Assembly: GCF_009914755.1 (NCBI RefSeq)
Contig: NC_060926.1
Length of the DNA: 64,000 nucleotides
Source of the DNA: the human T2T-CHM13v2.0 reference genome, Homo sapiens
Reading direction: 5' to 3' (one strand)
Below the pieces are notes generated by a model that saw nothing but the letters and a program-made list of their open reading frames with translations, did not search any database and was not told the origin of the DNA. Position numbers and translations under genes: made by a program. Shown in pieces: positions 14,630-28,755 of the stretch; positions within the stretch are counted from its first letter, which is position 1, and each line of letters begins with the position of its first letter.

Positions 14630-15090
14630 TATTCCTTTTTAGAGTCCTCTACACTCTATCAATATAGAACTAGCTACAGTTACCAGAAAGTGCTATATTG
14701 TTTTGTGCCTCTGGATCTTTGAATATGCTAGACTCCCAGCTGGGAATGCACTTCCTTGCATGAAAAATGACCACACAATATTCTTTACCACAGTTCAAGA
14801 ATCAACTCCTTTGATCAGCTCTTTTACGCTAATTAGAATGCCCGTTTCCCCACTTGAGGCCCAATGTATTCTATATAAATTCCTATTGTTGTAATTCTCA
14901 CATAATATTCATAATTATTTGTCCAGTTTTCTTTTCCCATCTTGTGATTTCCCATAAAATCATAAGATTTTATGAACTTATTGAGGACAGAGATTATGTC
15001 TTATTTGTGGTTATATCCTCAGGGCACAAAAAAGAGAAACTCAATATATGTTCAGTAAATTCATTGAATGAATAAATGAATCAATGAACA
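14630..15090 (+). mobile_element. L2 3' region relic
   Basis: 'gaggacagagattatgtcttattt...aactcaatatatgtt...tgaatgaataaatgaatcaatgaa'. Confidence 0.6.
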
Positions 15091-15149
15091 AACAAGCAAA
15101 TGCCATATGCATGCATATATTCAACTCCTAGGAACACATTTTACTGGTA

Positions 15150-15763
15150 TTTTATATCTTATATTTATTTATAATATATAAATATTTTATATATTATATA
15201 TAAATAAATACAAATATTTATTTATATATAATATATAATATAATATATTTATTTATATATAAATATATAATTTATAATTATATAAATATATAATATATTT
15301 ATATATAATATATAATTTTATTATATATTAATTATATATATAATAAATATATATAATATATAATTTTATTATATATTAATTATATATATAATAAATATAT
15401 ATAATATATAATAATATTATATACATTATATATAAATATAAATATTTATATAATATATAATATAATATATTTATTTATATATAAATATAGAATATATAAT
15501 TATATAAATATATAATATATTTATATATAATACACAATTTTATTATATATTAATTATATATATGATAAATATATATAATATTATATAATCATATTATATA
15601 CATTATATATAAATATAAATATTTATATAATATATAATATAATATATTTATTTATATATAAATATATAATATATAATTATATAAATATATAATATATTTA
15701 TATATAACATATAATATAATATAATAAATATATAAATAAATATAAGATAATAAATATAAGATA
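15150..15763. repeat. AT-rich compound tandem array with higher-order repeats
   Basis: ~610 bp almost entirely A/T; block 'atacattatatataaatataaatattt...' recurs at 15421 and 15598 (period 177); shorter subunits also duplicated. Confidence 0.95.
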
Positions 15764-16127
15764 AGACCCTTTTCTGAAGATACTTCTAAGAAGTATCAGC
15801 AATACATTCTATGGGATGCGTATAATGGTTCCTGGATAATATAAAGAAAGAAGGCTTTCCTTTCTCAAAAAGGCAGTCTGTTATAAAAGTCTTTGTAAGT
15901 TGAAAACATTTTTTTTGAAAAGCAGAACCCTGTAGTTAAAGAAAATTCAGCAGCCTAAATTCTTTACTACATGTGTGGGTATAGTGAAAACATTTAGCTA
16001 TCTGATATTACACTATCGTTGACTTCTCAGTTTTAGTATTCAGAGAATGACCTGAACTTAGCTGTGTTAAGTTGCCTGCTCCACAGGAAACCACCTCTGT
16101 AACTGTTGCTTGCTGCTTTCTCTTTAG

Positions 16128-16176
16128 GCAACACCCAAAGCCACTGTCAGATGTCATGGAGATGAGACCTCACAAG
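16128..16176 (+). other. Candidate 49-nt internal exon
   Basis: Acceptor ctgctttctctttag|G and consensus donor AAG|gtaagt; no recognised product. Confidence 0.4.
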
Positions 16177-17654
16177 GTAAGTGCAAAGAAAACAGGAACA
16201 AATACATTTTCAAACAGAACTTGGTGAAAACATTGGCCCAAGAATGATAGGAAGCACCGCCTTTTGGGGATCCCTATTTGGGCTGTGGAAGGGACATATA
16301 GCCCTGTTTTATATGGAATCATATATGGTGTGAGGGAAATGAGTCAGATCCTGGGTTCCCAAGTGGCCTATCTGAGATAGAAGCAGGTTATGTTGTCTAG
16401 ACAAAAGGAAATGCTTTGTTTTTTGAGGGAATGTTATCAGAATTTTAAAAGCCAAATGATGGCTAGAGAATATAACTAAAATTTTATTGACACTTTGTTT
16501 TTTAGAAGGCTTTTTCCCTCTTTCTTTTTGTTTCATTCTAACAGTCTATCTTTTTGCCCAAGATGCAAATTGAAACTTAATTAAATCCATGATTCCAAAG
16601 AGATATAGGCCTTATTACACAGCAGGCATTCTCTGGCTTTTCTTCACATCTGGAGTTTTAAACTTTGGGGTATTAATATCATGTCTAAGATTTCTTGTAG
16701 TCTTGGTTTGCTAAATAGAGGATACATGGCTATTTTAAATGAGGGTTTCATAATCACCCAAAAATGCTACAAATTTCAACGTGAAATAGCTTTTTCCTAC
16801 ATTGTAAATATTAGATGATTAAGCATTCCTTATGCCTTTTGCATGAAAAGGCAACATAGACTTTATTAGATATCTGCGGTTCTCATTCTTTGAGTATTTG
16901 CCTCCCTATTGACCTTCAGGCCTTTTGTGCTTCTTTAAAGCCGTTTCCATCCCCCCTACTTCCTCCTTCACAGAATGTAAGATGTCAGTGGAAGAAGATG
17001 AAACCAGAGGTTTTAAGAAAAGATTGGACAATAATAACTAAAACAAGTTCCTTTAGCTTTTATTTTTACCCATTTTATGTATTTTTATTGATATAAATTG
17101 CTTTATTATGATTATAGTTGAAAGTCAACATTTTGGCATATTAAAAAGACCATTTCCTTCCAACCTAGAAAATTCTATCTCATGTTGATACATGTTAGGC
17201 CTCTTAGCAACTTATTCTGTCCTATAGCTGTGTGTGGCCACTGCCAATTTGTAGTCCCCAGTTCTAGTCCTGTCAACTATTTCTCCAGAGGTAACTGGAC
17301 CAGAGATTATACCAGAATTTTATTTTATTTTTCTCAGATGGAGATTTTTTTTCACTGTGAAACTGTCTGGTTTCCCACTGATGGGTCTAATATACAGAGC
17401 TTTCTGGGTTTGACAGATGTGATAAACTAACAAGAATATTTGCATTTGTGTAGCTTTTATATACAGATATTTCACTCTCCTAATACTTTTTCAAGTTATA
17501 GATAAATGTTTTTTAAAAGCAAACTGAAACGGCTGACAAACAGCTGCTGCATAGACTTTGGAACCTGGCTGCCTATGTTTGTAGACTGCTCATAGAAATG
17601 TGAGTTCTGATAGCCTTTTTGGAGATGAATCTAGCAATATATGTGGATATTTAT

Positions 17655-18157
17655 TGTGGCATTTGCTGAAGTTCCTTCTATAGCCTACCAGGCACTGCAT
17701 CACCTGGACCTTGGGCAAGATATATGTCTGGTCCCTTTTCCTGCCCTTCTGTCACTCTGCATTTACTGTAGTGGCATTCACAAGTGTTCCCAGTCTCGCT
17801 GAGTATCTCTCCCTCAGAACTCGGGTGCTTGCTGCTTGCTGTTCCTTCTGACTGGATTGCTCCTCTCTTAACAGGCCTCATGGCTTACTCCCTCAAGTCA
17901 TTCAGGTTTCTGATCAAATACCTCCTCAGAGAGCTCTTCCCTGGCTACCCCATTTAAAGTAATAAGAAATTTCCTGTAACTTTGTATCCCCTTGTTTAGC
18001 TTCATAAAAATATAACATTATGTTACATATTAAATTAGTGCCTGTCCCCTCCACTAGAATGGATTCTTTAGGAAAGTGGGAACTTTGTTTTGTTCATTGC
18101 TCTATTCCTGGAGTTGAACAGGCGCATAGAGTGTATTAAGACTTGTTGCATGAATAA
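17655..18157 (+). mobile_element. L2 3' region
   Basis: 'ggcttactccctc...tcattcaggtttctgatcaaat...cctcctcagagag...ttgttcattgct' matches L2a-like 3' sequence. Confidence 0.65.
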
Positions 18158-19607
18158 TTTGTGGTAGCAAATGAACGAAAAGATAAAGCAAATAGAATAT
18201 CCTTTGGTAAGAGAATGGTTAGATAAATTGTGGCATATCAATAATATGATGAAGTCATCAAGAAGAATAGAATTAGATCAATGTCATCCAGGGAGTTTCA
18301 AAGTTTATTATTAAGGAAGAAGTGGAGATGCAGAAAAGTTTGTATAATAGGACCCTGAGCAGTGATCTACATATATATGTATCTATCCATCTATTTAATC
18401 TATCTATCATCACATAAGAATGATTCATATAGTAGGATATTCACCAGGTCATAAGCATTAGCTTTGTAGGGAAATTGTGCAGTGTGATTTTGTTGAACAG
18501 GGTATGGAAACGGAGACTAGAGGGCTCAAAGTTGGCTGAAATATGTAAAATGATTGCCAATTTGGGATACAGCTTCACTTGCTTTTGCTAAATACACTTC
18601 AGAGCAACTTCAGTCATATCTTTCTCCCCTTGCCACCCACACTGTGACTTAGTGTCAAACTCTGACCCATGGTTGCTGTCTTGGCCTCCCTTAATTACTC
18701 TCCTTCGGAATTCCGTGTTGGTGCTCAGTGCTTCCATGCTGAAGTACAAGTTCCAGGCAGTCAACTTGTCTTGTCTTTGACTACTACTTAGAACCTCTTT
18801 GCATTCCTTGAAAAAAGGCATTTGTCTCTTACTGATGTGTTTTGCTCGTGTTTCTCACGCAATGAGTCCTTGATGTTCTTACAGCTGTTGCTGATCACTT
18901 TTTGGGGGGTTTTGAGGAAAAACTATGAAATTGATTCTAGACAATTTAGGCTTTTGTGGTTCACTGGGGCCCATAAAACTACTGAGCTGGGGAAGTGTGA
19001 TTGGGAGAATAATGATATTTATTCAACGATAATGTGCTTCACATACATAAAGAGAACTCTGCACAGCCCCCGATAGAAAGTTACGGAAACATTCTCAAGT
19101 TAGAAACAGTAAATGTTTTGAAAATAAAGTGGCACTGTCTTAGAAATGCAAGAAGGCAGAAGCAAAATATTAGATTTGATAATTAAGAATATAATTAATG
19201 ATGAGAAACCCCATATTTTAGAGTAAGACTATATCCCATTTATCATGGCTTTCAGTCATTTGAAAATTTATGTTCGTTAGTTTGATTGTATTTTCCACCA
19301 GCTCTAAGGAGGAGCTGGAAGGGTGTGTACTTTTTTCATTAACATTGGATTGCAATATTCAGGCACCTATCTGTTCTTACTTTAAACAGAATAATTTAGG
19401 AATGTTAGTTCTAAACTCAAGCTGAGACAAGATAAAGATTTTGTAGTGATTTTCATTTGAGAAGATACAAAAGTTTTGCTAATTCACAAGTGTGTTACTT
19501 ATATCCTTATAGGGTTTCCAGCTTATTACTGTTTTAAAGATGAACATCAATGGTATTACTTGTGAAGAACATTAACGATTATTCTAGTACAATAAGAAAC
19601 TAGATCA

Positions 19608-19908
<301 letters not shown>

Positions 19909-20924
19909 AAGAAATTAGATCACTTCATGTCATAAGCCATTAGAAAATTAGTTTAAAAAGTAATTTTTCTGAGTGAGGAAAAAAAATATGTTTAAGCCAT
20001 GCTGTTGGGCAAAAAAATCTGAAGAGTATTTTTCTGAGCTTTTCCTTGAGCAGTTTCTTCCATCAACATATTTATAAAACCAAATTCTTTTCTTTTCTCA
20101 AATATATATAATGTGAAAAGAAGTCGGGAGTGATGGACTAATGCGATGTAGCAATTCTAACTTTCTCACATGCATGCTTAAAAATCATGAAACAGCAACA
20201 AATTGTAGCAGTTTGTAATTGTTTGCTATTGTGTTAAATGCTGGACAGTGACAATCACTTGTTTAGGATAGAAGTCTTTTGATTATGTGAACCTGAACCA
20301 GCAGAACTCAAAGGAAACATGAAAATAAAGAAGTACAAATACTCCTTTTGCATAAAGAGCAGTCCACCAGACTCATGATGAGCTTTCTCCTTTTGTTCCT
20401 TTAAGTTAACTCTTCTGCAAAATGTTTTTTGTTTGTGTATGTTTTGCAGTGTCCTTTTCAAAATTAATGAGCTAGACTTCTTGAATCATAAAACTATTCT
20501 GAAAGCCCACATTATTAGAACCATGGGGGAAGTTTGCATCTGTTGATTAGCTGAGAAGCTTGCTTTCACTATTAATATGCAACAGTAATTTCAGTTATGT
20601 TCTGATAAAAGTAAGTATAGATATTAGACAGCAACTCAAAAACTTTTGACAAGACAGGTTTCTACAGAGAGGAATCTCTAGTACTCCAGGGTTTTGCTTA
20701 GTAGTAAAGTTTAACATCTTTACCCTTTTTAAACTCTTGAAACCTAAAACTCAACTAGATAATGTACTTCAATCTTATTAGTCATAAAAAATGTACTAAC
20801 TACAATGGCCTTTCCTCATGGACATCTAAGGTTACCCCACAAGAAACTTCAGAGTAATTGAAATCAAGGTCTTAGCAGGCTCTTCTCTGTATTTTAAATG
20901 TGTCCGCCAAGCAGTATGCTCAGG

Positions 20925-20968
20925 GGCTTGTTAATGGACAGTTGTTGGCTTGTTAATGGACAGTTGTT
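20925..20968. repeat. Perfect 22-bp tandem duplication
   Basis: GGCTTGTTAATGGACAGTTGTT twice. Confidence 0.95.
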
Positions 20969-20974
20969 TAAGAT

Positions 20975-21047
20975 CATGTATACATATGTAACAAACCTGC
21001 ACGTTGTGCACATGTACCCTAAAACTTAAAGTATAATAATAATAAAA
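20975..21047 (+). mobile_element. Very short L1PA 3' terminus
   Basis: 'catgtatacatatgtaacaaacctgcacgttgtgcacatgtaccctaaaacttaaagtataataat' plus A tail. Confidence 0.9.
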
Positions 21048-21432
21048 AAGAAAATATGGCACATATACACCATGGAATACTATGCAGCCATAAAAATGGA
21101 TGAGTTCATGTCCTTTGTAGGGACATGGATGAAGCTGGAAACCATCATTCTCAGCAAACTATCACAAGGACAGAAAACCAAACACCACATGTTCTCACTC
21201 ATAAGTGGGAGTTGAACAATGAGAAAACATGGACACAGGATGAGGAACATCACACACTGGAGCCTGTTGGGGGGTGGGGGGCTGGGAGAGGGATAGCGTT
21301 AGGAGAAATACCTAATGTAAATGATGAGTTGATGGGTGCAGCAAACCAACATGGCACATGTATACCTATGTAACAAACCTGCACATGTACCCTAGAACTT
21401 AAAGTATAATAATAAAAATAAAAAAATTTAAA
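21048..21432 (+). mobile_element. 5'-truncated L1PA (PA5-7-like): end of ORF2 plus 3' UTR
   Basis: 'ggcacatatacaccatggaatactatgcagccataaaaa...gggatagcgttaggagaaatacctaatgtaaatg...aaagtataat' plus A-rich tail. Confidence 0.95.
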
Positions 21433-21614
21433 AAGATAATGTTCTTTATAAATGTCATTGACCTACCTACCCTATACTTGTAGTCTCTCCACTAAGATTT
21501 ATAATTTTCTGTTCTCATGTTAAAACAGAATGCATATAATTTATTTCTAGTAAAGCTCCATCAAATAATACAAAATACAATGTCTTTATTTCTTAAATGT
21601 ACATATGTACTGAC

Positions 21615-22239
21615 TGAGAGTGGCAGGAGGCAGCCAAATGCCTAGGCAGATAGGGCTGTGTTTTTGGTTAAACCCCACCTCCAAGTCAAAGACAGTTTAA
21701 AGCCTGATAGCCAAGCTACAAATTAAATCCTTGGACCAGGTTGAGAACACCTCTTCCTGTTTGGCACATTCCTCTGATTCATCCCCCCAATCACCTATTT
21801 TACATATACCTACCCTTTCCTAATTGGTTTTCTACACTGTCCTGCCCACCTTTGAGTGGTATTTTCACTTTAACCTTTTTTGCATACTCACAAACCAATT
21901 AGTATGCATTCCCCATTCTCAACCCATAAAAGGCCTTGGACCAAGTCACACAAGGAAATTTCCTGCCTTTGGGTAGGAGGGCCACCCCCACATCCCCTCT
22001 CCACTGAAAGCTGTTTCATTGCTCAATAAAATTCTTCTCTGTCCTCCTCACTCTTCGGTGTCCAGCATATCCTCATTTTCCTGGGTGCAGTACAAGAGCT
22101 GGGGAACCACCGAATGTGGGTACAAACTATAACACAAGTGAGCTGGGACACACCAGCATGGCCTAGTGGGATCTGGGCAGGGTGTCGCCAGCCAGAGGTC
22201 CCGGCTTGCAAAGTGACTAAGAAGAAAAATCCTACATCA
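21615..22239 (+). mobile_element. ERV1 solo LTR, LTR27-like
   Basis: TG...CA termini (tgagagtggcaggaggcagccaaatgcctaggcagatagg...aaaatcctacatca); CCAAT, cataaaa TATA-like box, then AATAAA; subfamily from memory. Confidence 0.75.
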
Positions 22240-23217
22240 TAATGTTATCTGTTACTGTATAAATAAGAAGAAATGCTGAGAGAGGAATAGTTATAAAAAT
22301 AATTTTTATTTAGAGAGCTTGATAAATGTTTTCACAGGATTCAGATGTAAAAATGATCACAGAACTCAAGAAAAGCAGGCATGCTATGGAAAACATAATG
22401 AACAGTATACTAATGTTTTCATACATGAATATGGAAATCTTTAAAATAAGCATATTTTAAATTTTATAATTTAAAATTTATTATGTGTAGCAAAATTTCT
22501 AATATTTCATTTTATGATCCACACATTAGTTATCTCATATAAAAAATTAACTTGAATATTTTTAAATTTATATATTATCTATTAACCCCATTCTCTTTTG
22601 TATTCTTTCTCTCTGTCCTTATCTCTGTCTCTTTCTCCATAAGCACACACATAGTTTTTTAAATCAAATGCAAACATGTAATATATTGATAGAAATGTAA
22701 AAATTGAGGTTTATATGAAATTTCAGATTATGACAGATATAAGCACTAAAATTTTGTTTAGAAAATGCAAAGAAAATATTTCTCAGAAATAAAAACAATG
22801 ATTACTTGGTGCAGGCTAATTTTAGTGACTATATATAATAACCAATAGATGCAAATTTTACATGCTTTATTGATCATAAACTGCGATTTAGATGAAAAAA
22901 TTGTTCAGTGAATAATTATATTAAAAATTTAGATAAATTTGTTATTGTTGCTTTGTGAAAATAAGACATGTTCTTCCATTAGGAATAAAGCTTTTCCAAA
23001 ACCTCTGGGTTCCTTAACCACTAAGATGGACCTCATTATAGGAATATCTCGGACCTTGTCCAAGAGATTTCATAACTCAGCGTCAGCACTTTAAGTCTGT
23101 TTCATCTACAACAGTGAAGCATCACAAATACTACAAACAGAGCTTCTCTAAGTTTCAGCATAGTGCAGTATGCTCTGGTTGCAAATTTCACCTTAATTTA
23201 CTTTTGTTTACTTTCAG

Positions 23218-23273
23218 CTAAAGAGCATGTTCAATATAAGATTAATGTAAAATGAGTCCCAGCTGCAGGCAAA
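23218..23273 (+). other. Candidate 56-nt exon (non-coding or start-containing)
   Basis: Branch-like cttaat, pyrimidine tract ttacttttgtttactttcag|C, donor AAA|gtgagt; stops in all three frames, with a late ATG (MSPSCRQ). Confidence 0.35.
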
Positions 23274-23649
23274 GTGAGTTCATACCTTTTCCTTTATTTT
23301 GCTCTCCAATGCCTTTACTCACAGCTTTTATATAGTAGCCACTGTCTGACAACTACCAGTTTGTATATTTGTTTGTTTTTCTGAAAACTACCCCTCAAGT
23401 AAATTTGTCAAAAATTGGAATGAACTGTCTGATTGTCATTTTGTTTAGTAAGTTTTATTTTTTGCTAACAGACTTGTTTATTGTTGAATAGATATGACTT
23501 CTAAGCTGTTAACGGTTACATATTTTGTTGAACTGAGTCTTCCAAGTCCAGTTGGAGTTAGCCAAGAAACTGAGGTAGGCAAGGGTGCTTTGGCTCCAAG
23601 AGGGAAAATAGTCTTTATTTCATGAAAATACAAATAATTAAGGAAGGAG

Positions 23650-24080
23650 GTGGGAGCTAAAAATATGTATGGAGATAAGACTATCCAGGAAGAAGTTAAG
23701 AGAAGAAAAGGAGTAGAAAATGAAACCATGAAAATTCACAATTTAAACTGAGAAGAAAAACTCAGAAACTGAAAAGAGATAGTCTGCAAAGTAAGATGAG
23801 GTAACATTTCAGATGACCAAAAAAAGGGGAATTGTGAAAAGAATGGAGCCATCCTCAGCATCCATTGTTGCAGCAAGCTCAAGTAGCTGGAGAACAGAAG
23901 AGGGTTTAGGGATGCTAACCACTGAGAACTCATGGTGGCCTTTTAGAGAGCAGTCTTAGAAGACTGACGTGGCTGCAAGGAATGGGATGTGGAGCCAGTG
24001 AGCATAGTGACTCTTCGAAGTATTGGCAGAAAAGCTGAAAGAGACAGAGTGCATATTCTGAGCAGGAAGGAAGATTGAGG
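23650..24080 (-). mobile_element. L2 relic
   Basis: Purine-rich tract with 'ttagggatgctaaccactgagaactcatggtggccttttagagagcagt...gtgactcttcgaag' typical of antisense L2. Confidence 0.5.
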
Positions 24081-24546
24081 CAAGAGATGCATTTGATTTT
24101 TTGGTTTTTGAAAACAGAATTCCATTTCTGATATAAATACATGGATTTAATCTGAAATGTTTCTGTATTATTTAGAAGGTTTCAGGGCTATAGCTTTAAG
24201 ATGACATAATAGAAATAAACAGACAAAATTAATTTAGCCACTTGAAAGAATTTACACTAAGCTTAAATTGTACTCACTTTTAAACTCTCACAAGGTTAAT
24301 TTAGGATATACTGGCACATGTTTAATAAATAATAATTAAAATGACAAATTTCCACATCTTTATTTCTGTGAATATTTAATATTTTATGTTCTATTGATGA
24401 CATATGCCATCTATAATGCTGTTAGTTTAACGTTGAGTTAGAACCCATTGTATCTTCAGAATATGCTAGCATATTTCATAGAAATCCAAGAAATATTTTC
24501 ACTATTATAGAGAATTTTGAATGGAACTTTTATAAATACTAACACT

Positions 24547-24560
24547 GGGGGGGGGGGGGG
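24547..24560. repeat. Poly-G (G14) homopolymer
   Basis: 14 consecutive G. Confidence 0.95.
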
Positions 24561-25039
24561 AAGGACATCTCCTATAAATTTGAATCAATAATAATTGTAA
24601 ATATACTGAACTTATGAATAGAAACAAGTATGAAAATTCACAAAAATAGTCAAGTTACAAACTATTGTGAATGGATCTGTAGACCTACTGGTTCAGCCTG
24701 TAGTAAACAAAATTATTAGATGCTTCACTTGATATTGTATTTGAACAACCTAAAAAAAAAAACGGAACAGTTTGCTATGACCCGCTTCATCCTAAACTTC
24801 TACATTTTGGTGTTCTCTTAAGGCAGTATCCTAGGTCACCTGTCTTTTCTGACTAATCTGTCCTAGGTGATTTCATTCATTCCCAGGATTTGAAGTACCA
24901 TCTATACATTGATGACTACCAAATTTATATTTCTAGCAAACCCCTCTTCTCTAAACTTACGTATCAACTTCCTCCTCCTTCCTATCCACCACCTCCTCCT
25001 GTTCTGCTTCCTCCTGCTTCTCTGCCTTCTTTTCCTTCT

Positions 25040-26990
<1,951 letters not shown>

Positions 26991-27720
26991 GAGAAACTCT
27001 ATTTTTCAATTATCTTTATTTCAGTTTTTCATTTTGATAGTTTCTAATGCCATGTCTTCAGGCACACTAAATCTTTTTTTCTGTGATGACTAATCTGCTA
27101 TTCATACATTTCATTGTATTTTTTATCCCGGACATTGTATTGTTTATTTCTAGAAGTTTTTTTTTTTTTAATATATCTTCTTCTATGTCTCTACTTGAAT
27201 TTTTTAAAATATGGAAAATATCCTTGTCTGCTAATTGTAACATTTGTATCATTTCTGGATTGGTTTCAGTTGATTCATTTTAATTCTTTCTTTTTTCAAA
27301 ATTTAATACTTAGAATAGGTCATATTTTCCTACTTCTTTCCATGACTGGTTTTTTTTTTTGAGACAAGGTCTTACTCTGTCACCCAGGCTGGAGTGCAAT
27401 GGCACATCATGGTGCACTGCAGCCTTAACTCCCTGGGTTCAAATTGCCCTCCTACCACAGCCTCCAGAGTAGCTGGGACTACAGGCATGCGTCACCAAGC
27501 TTAACTAATTTTTTTTCTTTTTAATTTTTTTTAGGGCAGGATCTTACTTTGTTTCCCAAGCTCTGGTAATGTTTGATTGGCTGCTAGGCACTGTGAATTT
27601 TACCTTGTTGGGTGCTGGTATTTTTGTATTCCTATATATATATTACTGAACTTTGTTCTAGGGTATAGTTCAGTTACTTAGAAATAACTTGATCCCTTCA
27701 TATATTACCTTAAAGATTTA
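26991..27720 (-). mobile_element. Ancient L1M 5'/ORF1 fragment
   Basis: Minus ORF 27067-27252 (LLEINNTMSGIKNTMKCMNSRLVITEKKI) resembles the L1 ORF1p coiled coil. Confidence 0.65.
27350..27562 (-). mobile_element. 5'-truncated AluJ
   Basis: Antisense right arm plus part of the left arm; 'ctggt' on both flanks. Confidence 0.9.
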
Positions 27721-28755
27721 TCCTCAATGAAATATTAGCAAACTGTATTTAACAGCACATGAAATAGATCACTCGCCATGATCAAGTGGGATTCATCCCA
27801 AAGATGCAAGGATGGTTCAATAGATGCAAAATAATAAATATAAGATATCGTGTCAACAGAATCAAGGACAAAAACTATCTGATCATTTTAATAAACGCTG
27901 AAAAAGCATTCAGTGAAATTTAATATCCCTTCGTGATAAAAACTTTCAACAAATTTTGTGTGGAAGGATCATACCTCAAAATGATAAAGACATATTTGAT
28001 GAACTCACAGTTAATATCATACTGAACAGATAAAAATTAAAAGTTGTTCTACTAACATCTGGAACAAGAAAAGGATGACTTCTTTTACCACTTTTATTCA
28101 ACATAGTTCTAGAAGTCCTCGACAGAGCAGTTAGGCAAGGTAAAGAAATAAATGGTATCTGAATAGGAAAGGAAGAAGTCAAACTGTCCTTGTTTGCAGA
28201 TAACGTGATCTTATATGTTATAAAACCTAAAGATTCCACCAAAAAACTCTTAGAACTGAGAAATAAATTCATGAAAATTGCAGGACATAAAATCAACATA
28301 CAAAAATCAGTAACATTTCTATATACTAACAGCAATCAATTTGAAAAAGTAATCAAGAAAGCAATTCCATTTACAATAACTATGAAAAACCCCTAAGAAT
28401 AAATTTAGCCAAGGAAGTGAAAGATCTCTACATGAAAAATTATAAAACACTGATGAAAAAAATGCAAGAGGACACATCTGTATAAAAAACAAAAAGATAG
28501 CCATGATAAAGGATTCCAAGAATTAATGTTGTTAGAAAGTCCATACTACCCAAAATGATCTACAGATTTAATGTGACTCCTATTAAAATAACAATGACAT
28601 TCTTCACAGAAGTAGGGAAACAATCCCCAAATTTGTATAGAATCACAAAAGACCCTGAAATAGTTAAAGCAATCATGATAAAAAAGAACAAAGCTGAAGG
28701 CATCACACTTTCTGACTTCAAATTATATTATGAAGCTATAGTAACTAAAATAGTA
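27721..28755 (+). mobile_element. Decayed L1 ORF2 internal fragment (reverse transcriptase region)
   Basis: Frameshifted ORF2 pieces: LFADNVILY (degenerate FADD motif), [33 protein letters not shown]. Confidence 0.93.
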
